Virus record (IMG/VR): IMGVR_UViG_2541047757_000012
Length of the DNA stretch: 40,397 bases
From: a virus
Lineage: Duplodnaviria; Heunggongvirae; Uroviricota; Caudoviricetes
Direction: 5' to 3' (one strand)
The notes beneath the pieces were generated by a model. The model saw only the letters and a list, made by a program, of their open reading frames with translations. It made no database searches and was not told the origin of the DNA. The position numbers were made by a program, and so were the translations under genes. The stretch's first letter is position 1. Each line of letters begins with the position of its first letter. Shown piece after piece: positions 36,692-40,397 of this stretch.

Positions 36692-37794
36692 TGGAGAACC
36701 TGACCATGCAAAATACCAATATCATCACGACAGAGCAGACACCAAATACCATTTCTGCCAGTAACACTATTTTTAACGTTCAGGCGTTGACGCAACTTCA
36801 GGCAGTAGCCGGGTTGATGTCACAGGCCACCGTCACAGTTCCCGATCACCTTCGCGGAAATCCTGCCGATTGCATGGCAATCATCATGCAAGCCATGCAA
36901 TGGGGCATGAACCCCTACGCTGTGGCTCAGAAAACACACCTGGTAAACGGAGTTCTGGGTTATGAAGCACAACTGGTTAACGCTGTGATCTCTAGCTCAA
37001 GTGCAATTGTAGGCCGCTTCCATTACAAGTACGAGGGAGACTGGGAGAAATGCTCTCGCACCCGAGTGGAGACCGTTAAGAAAACGGCCAAAGGAGGCGG
37101 AATCTATGAGAAAAAAGAAACGATCCCATGTTGGACCAGTGAAGATGAGTATGGTCTCTCAGTTCGAGTTGGTGCAGTTCTTCGCGGTGAAAGTGAGATT
37201 ACCTGGGGAGAACCGGTGTTTCTTTCCAGCGTGATTACGCGTAATTCTCCTTTATGGACCTCAAACCCGAAACAACAGCTCGCCTATCTGGCGTTGAAAT
37301 ACTGGGCTCGCCTTTATTGTCCTGACGTCATCCTGGGCGTGTATACCCCGGACGAACTGGAAGAGCCACAGGAAAAAATCATCAATCCTGTGCCGGTACA
37401 GAATTATAGCGAGGTAAGCGAGCAGCGAACAGAAACCATCGAACAGCGTATTGACGAAGCGTGGATTGATGAATTCCGGCAGCGTGTCGAAAGCGCGGCC
37501 ACGACTGAGGAAACCACTGCATTACGCCAAGAGATAGAGGATCAGAAAAACCAGATCGGCGAATTCTTTGCCGAGCTTAAAGGAAAAGTGGTTCGGCGTC
37601 ATCACCGTCTCAATGCTATTGCCAGTATCGAGAAGATGATAAATGACCTTCCTTCATCAGGTGATCCAGAAGCAGAACAAAAATTTACTGCTCTGGAAAA
37701 TACGCTGAATGCTGCCCGGCCACATCTGGGTGAATTATATGAGGCGTATAAAACGACACTGACAGATATGAAACCAGAATATATCGGCTCCTGA
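36691..37794 (+). CDS. Putative single-strand annealing protein (RecT/Red-beta-like)
   Basis: 367-aa ORF coupled (TAATG overlap) to the exonuclease gene; assignment is mainly by position. Confidence 0.45.
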   Translation: MENLTMQNTNIITTEQTPNTISASNTIFNVQALTQLQAVAGLMSQATVTVPDHLRGNPADCMAIIMQAMQWGMNPYAVAQKTHLVNGVLGYEAQLVNAVISSSSAIVGRFHYKYEGDWEKCSRTRVETVKKTAKGGGIYEKKETIPCWTSEDEYGLSVRVGAVLRGESEITWGEPVFLSSVITRNSPLWTSNPKQQLAYLALKYWARLYCPDVILGVYTPDELEEPQEKIINPVPVQNYSEVSEQRTETIEQRIDEAWIDEFRQRVESAATTEETTALRQEIEDQKNQIGEFFAELKGKVVRRHHRLNAIASIEKMINDLPSSGDPEAEQKFTALENTLNAARPHLGELYEAYKTTLTDMKPEYIGS

Positions 37795-37857
37795 TATTGA
37801 CTTTGGCGGTGTAGCCTCACCGCCATCACAAAATTTTATTATATGAGAGAAAAGACA

Positions 37858-38052
37858 ATGCGGTATGAAAAAGTCAAACCATGCCCTTTTTGTGGTTGTC
37901 CATCAGTAACGGTGAAAGCCATTTCAGGATATTACCGCGCGAAGTGTAACGGATGCGAATCCCGAACCGGCTATGGTGGAAGTGAAAAAGAAGCACTCGA
38001 ACGATGGAATAAACGAACCACTGGAAATAATAATGGAGGTGTTCATGTATAA
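37858..38052 (+). CDS. ralR: Restriction alleviation protein Lar / RalR toxin
   Basis: 64 aa MRYEKVKPCPFCGCPSVTVKAISGYYRAKCNGCESRTGYGGSEKEALERWNKRTTGNNNGGVHV, closely matching Rac Lar/RalR as I recall it; SD GAGAG before the ATG at 37858. Confidence 0.8.
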   Translation: MRYEKVKPCPFCGCPSVTVKAISGYYRAKCNGCESRTGYGGSEKEALERWNKRTTGNNNGGVHV

Positions 38053-38233
38053 AATTACCGCCACTATTGAAAAGGAAGGTGGCACTCCTACTAACTGGAC
38101 AAGGTACTCAAAAACAAAGTTAACCAAATCGGAATGCGAAAAAATGCTCTCGGGGAAAAAAGAAGCAGGCGTTTCCAGAGAGCAGAAAGTAAAGCTGATA
38201 AATTTTAATTGCGAGAAACTTCTGCCCTCGTGA
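38045..38233 (+). CDS. Hypothetical small protein
   Basis: ATG at 38045 preceded by GGAGG; overlaps the lar stop by 8 nt; 62 aa. Confidence 0.4.
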   Translation: MYKITATIEKEGGTPTNWTRYSKTKLTKSECEKMLSGKKEAGVSREQKVKLINFNCEKLLPS

Positions 38234-38333
38234 GTTGCATTATATCCAAATTATAACTTCATAGCTGATTATTAAAAATCAATCACGTCCGCCAGTATTC
38301 TGTATATTTACTGGCGGTCATATCGTAAGAGGT

Positions 38334-38621
38334 ATGGCAATGAATCTTGTGACACTCAAAACGTGGGGAAAACTCAGATATCCGGATAACCCACCATCAA
38401 TATCAACGCTGAGACGATGGGCAAGGAATGGAAACATTTATCCTGCACCTGAACTACACGGGAGGAGTTACAGGGTGGTTCCGGAGGCTTTCTATATCAA
38501 CCCAAATAAGGTTGATACCGATATAACACACCATCAGCCTAATGGGCGACAAGGGAGAGACAGTCCGTTACTGGAGAAGTTAAAACATGCAGCGGAAAAA
38601 ATACGATCCCAATTTGCCTAG
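38334..38621 (+). CDS. xis: Excisionase, lambda Xis-like
   Basis: N-terminal ...VTLKTWGKLRYPDNPPSISTLRRWARNGNIYPAPELHGRSYRVV... parallels lambda Xis; 3' end overlaps int. Second ATG at 38340 has better SD spacing. Confidence 0.7.
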   Translation: MAMNLVTLKTWGKLRYPDNPPSISTLRRWARNGNIYPAPELHGRSYRVVPEAFYINPNKVDTDITHHQPNGRQGRDSPLLEKLKHAAEKIRSQFA

Positions 38622-39663
38622 GAACTTAACATATCGAAGGAGGGACAAAGCATATTACTGGCGCAACCCTCTGACGAAAGAAGAATTTACACTAGGTAAA
38701 ATTTCAAGAAGAGATGCAATCGCGCAGGCAATTGAAGCAAATCATTATATATACAAAAACTACTCTCCTGCTGCCTTAATTGAAAAACTTAAAGGGTTCG
38801 ACTCATTTACTATGGCAGACTGGATTGAACGTTACAAAACGATTCTTATAAGGAGAAAAGTGTCCAGAAATACTTATAAAATTCGGGTAAATCAACTGGA
38901 GACAATAAAAGAAAAATTGGGAGAGATTTTACTGACAGAAATAACCACTCGCCATATTGCCGAGTTTCTTGATTTGTGGATTGAAGGAGGGAAAAACACA
39001 ATGGCAGGATCAATGCGTTCTGTGTTGTCTGATATGTTTCGTGAGGCCATTGTTGAAGGACGTATATCTCAAAATCCAGTAACGCCAACAAGAGCACCGA
39101 AAATAGTAGTTACAAGAGAACGACTGAAACTAAAGACATACAACTGCATCAGGGAGGCAGCAGATCAACTTCCGGCATGGTTCCCATTAGCTATGGATTT
39201 AGCCCTTGTAACAGGACAACGTCGCGAAGACATAACGAATATGCGGTTTAGTGATATTTATGATGATCGTCTCCACATCAGGCAAATTAAGACAGGAATG
39301 ATGATTGCTATCCCCCTGTCACTCAGCCTTCCTGTCGCTGGTCTACGGCTTGGTACAGTAGTTGAACAGTGCCGCCTGGTAAGCCGGGGAGATTATCTAA
39401 TCAGTGCCGGGATTAGAAAAAACAGCCCTGACGGCAGCATTCACCCGGATGGCCTGACAAAAAAATTTGTCGCAGCCAGAAAATTAACAGGTATCCAGTT
39501 CAGTGAAAACCCACCAACTTTTCACGAGATCAGAAGCCTGGCTGGACGATTGTACAAAGAAACATGTGGAGAAGAATTTGCTCAGCGTCTACTTGGCCAC
39601 ACATCGGAGAAGACAACAAAAATGTATCTTGATGAGAGAGAAAAAACGTACTTACTGCTCTGA
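38587..39663 (+). CDS. int: Integrase, lambda-family tyrosine recombinase
   Basis: 358 aa; C-terminal catalytic region ...[11 protein letters not shown]...[18 protein letters not shown] with conserved Tyr; overlaps xis; adjacent to the att region. Confidence 0.9.
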   Translation: MQRKKYDPNLPRNLTYRRRDKAYYWRNPLTKEEFTLGKISRRDAIAQAIEANHYIYKNYSPAALIEKLKGFDSFTMADWIERYKTILIRRKVSRNTYKIRVNQLETIKEKLGEILLTEITTRHIAEFLDLWIEGGKNTMAGSMRSVLSDMFREAIVEGRISQNPVTPTRAPKIVVTRERLKLKTYNCIREAADQLPAWFPLAMDLALVTGQRREDITNMRFSDIYDDRLHIRQIKTGMMIAIPLSLSLPVAGLRLGTVVEQCRLVSRGDYLISAGIRKNSPDGSIHPDGLTKKFVAARKLTGIQFSENPPTFHEIRSLAGRLYKETCGEEFAQRLLGHTSEKTTKMYLDEREKTYLLL

Positions 39664-39740
39664 TTTTAACGTAAATGGATTGTTAAATGTATTTTGGTTG
39701 TGATATAACCAAAAAAGACCGGAATACAGAAATTCGAGTA

Positions 39741-39760
39741 AATTTCGGGGAATTTCGGGG
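39741..39760. repeat. Perfect tandem 10-bp repeat AATTTCGGGG x2 in the int-proximal att arm
   Basis: Read directly; possible arm-type Int/accessory-factor site. Confidence 0.5.
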
Positions 39761-39794
39761 AGACGCTTGCAACTGATTGATTTTAAATACAATT

Positions 39795-39897
39795 AAAAAA
39801 AGACCGAATACGATTCCTGTATTCGGTCCAGGGAAATGGCTCTTGGGAGAGAGCCGTGCGCTAAAAGTTGGCATTAATGCAGGCTTAGTTGCCTTGC
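39795..39897 (-). ncRNA. sdsR: sRNA SdsR (RyeB)-like host gene
   Basis: Minus-strand sequence GCAAGGCAACTAAGCCTGCATTAATGCC...GACCGAATACAGGAATCGTATTCGGTC + T7 matches my recollection of SdsR; sigma-S-like -10 CTATTCT upstream (about 39905-39911); terminal hairpin 39802-39828. Confidence 0.55.
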
Positions 39898-39984
39898 CCT
39901 TTAAGAATAGATGACGACGCCAGGTTTTCCAGTTTGCGTGCAAAATGGTCAATAAAAAGCGTGGTGGTCATCAGCTGAAATGTT

Positions 39985-40026
39985 AAAAACCGCCCGTTCT
40001 GGTGAAAGAACTGAGGCGGTTTTTTT
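39985..40026. terminator. Bidirectional intrinsic terminator downstream of yebY
   Basis: A5, stem CCGCC...GGCGG (39990-40019), T7. Confidence 0.55.
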
Positions 40027-40055
40027 ATTGGAAATCAAAAGGCTATTTTAGGTAA

Positions 40056-40397
40056 TTAACAGAGTTTTTCAGCTCGTTCTATAAACGGTGCCAGACTCAT
40101 TTTTTCGCCGGGATTGTTAGGATCATCAATCTGAATCACCGAAATGGGTTGGGCTTTAGTCTTCCCACTGGCAACTTCCTTTTGTGCGATATCGTTTAAA
40201 GGATACTGCACGAGGGTACTTGGGTTGATGACATACAAAGCATTACCCGGTCGGCAAGTCAGCATCACCTCTTCGCGATTAAACGCCCATTTGTCTTTAC
40301 CCACTTCAAAACGGCTGACGGTAATCACCTGCGGTGCAGCCAGCGCCGCTGCAGAACTGGTGAGTAACAGAAACGCCAGAATACTTTTTTTCATCAT
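40056..40397 (-). CDS. yebY: Host periplasmic protein YebY-like (signal peptide)
   Basis: 113-aa ORF ending exactly at the window edge; [37 protein letters not shown]... matches my recollection of E. coli YebY; not phage-like. Confidence 0.55.
   Translation of the reverse strand: MMKKSILAFLLLTSSAAALAAPQVITVSRFEVGKDKWAFNREEVMLTCRPGNALYVINPSTLVQYPLNDIAQKEVASGKTKAQPISVIQIDDPNNPGEKMSLAPFIERAEKLC

Larger units (their letters stand above)
1..39811. mobile_element. Prophage, near-complete; left end truncated by the window, right end at the int-proximal att junction
   Basis: Contiguous structural, lysis, Q/nin, replication/immunity, recombination and xis-int modules; host sRNA and yebY-like gene begin right of about 39.8 kb. 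Exact att core not definable without the other prophage end. Confidence 0.85.

Noticed and set aside
39683-39952. Minus-strand 89-aa ORF right of int
   Set aside because: Overlaps the SdsR-like sRNA and its terminator hairpin; the translation is low-complexity and the region is better explained as sRNA plus att DNA.
1-40397. CRISPR arrays, tRNA/rRNA genes and IS/transposase genes
   Set aside because: No regularly spaced direct repeats, no cloverleaf-like sequence at the att region (it is sRNA-like instead), and no transposase-like ORF were seen on manual reading; a tRNA/CRISPR scanner should confirm.

Overview
The window is a near-complete temperate phage (prophage) genome from an enterobacterial, E. 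coli-like host, ending at its integrase-proximal junction beside host sRNA sdsR and yebY. All calls are from reading the sequence and ORF translations; no database search was run. Layout: (1) 1-19.7 kb, minus-strand late operon for a contractile tail and head (tail-fibre fragment, baseplate I/J/W/V-like, hub, tape measure, frameshifting chaperone, tube, sheath, major capsid, scaffold-like, MuF-like, portal, terminases); (2) 19.8-21.3 kb, lambda-like lysis cassette (holin, R-type transglycosylase, Rz/Rz1); (3) 21.4-28.9 kb, Q-like antiterminator with candidate late promoter/terminator, ybcN/ybcO-like genes, a hok-type toxin locus and nin-like small genes; (4) 28.9-31.7 kb, Rac-like replication/immunity module (DnaC-like loader, YdaU/YdaT/YdaS-like, divergent repressor, operator palindromes); (5) 31.9-39.7 kb, plus-strand early-left operon (RecE-like exonuclease, annealing protein, RalR/Lar, xis, int). 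The best candidates for undescribed function are terminator-bounded inserts: an AT-rich membrane protein plus tiny acidic ORF inside the baseplate operon, an AT-rich membrane protein between the late terminator and holin, and an unannotated 27-aa hydrophobic peptide next to hok. No CRISPR array, tRNA, rRNA or transposase was seen.
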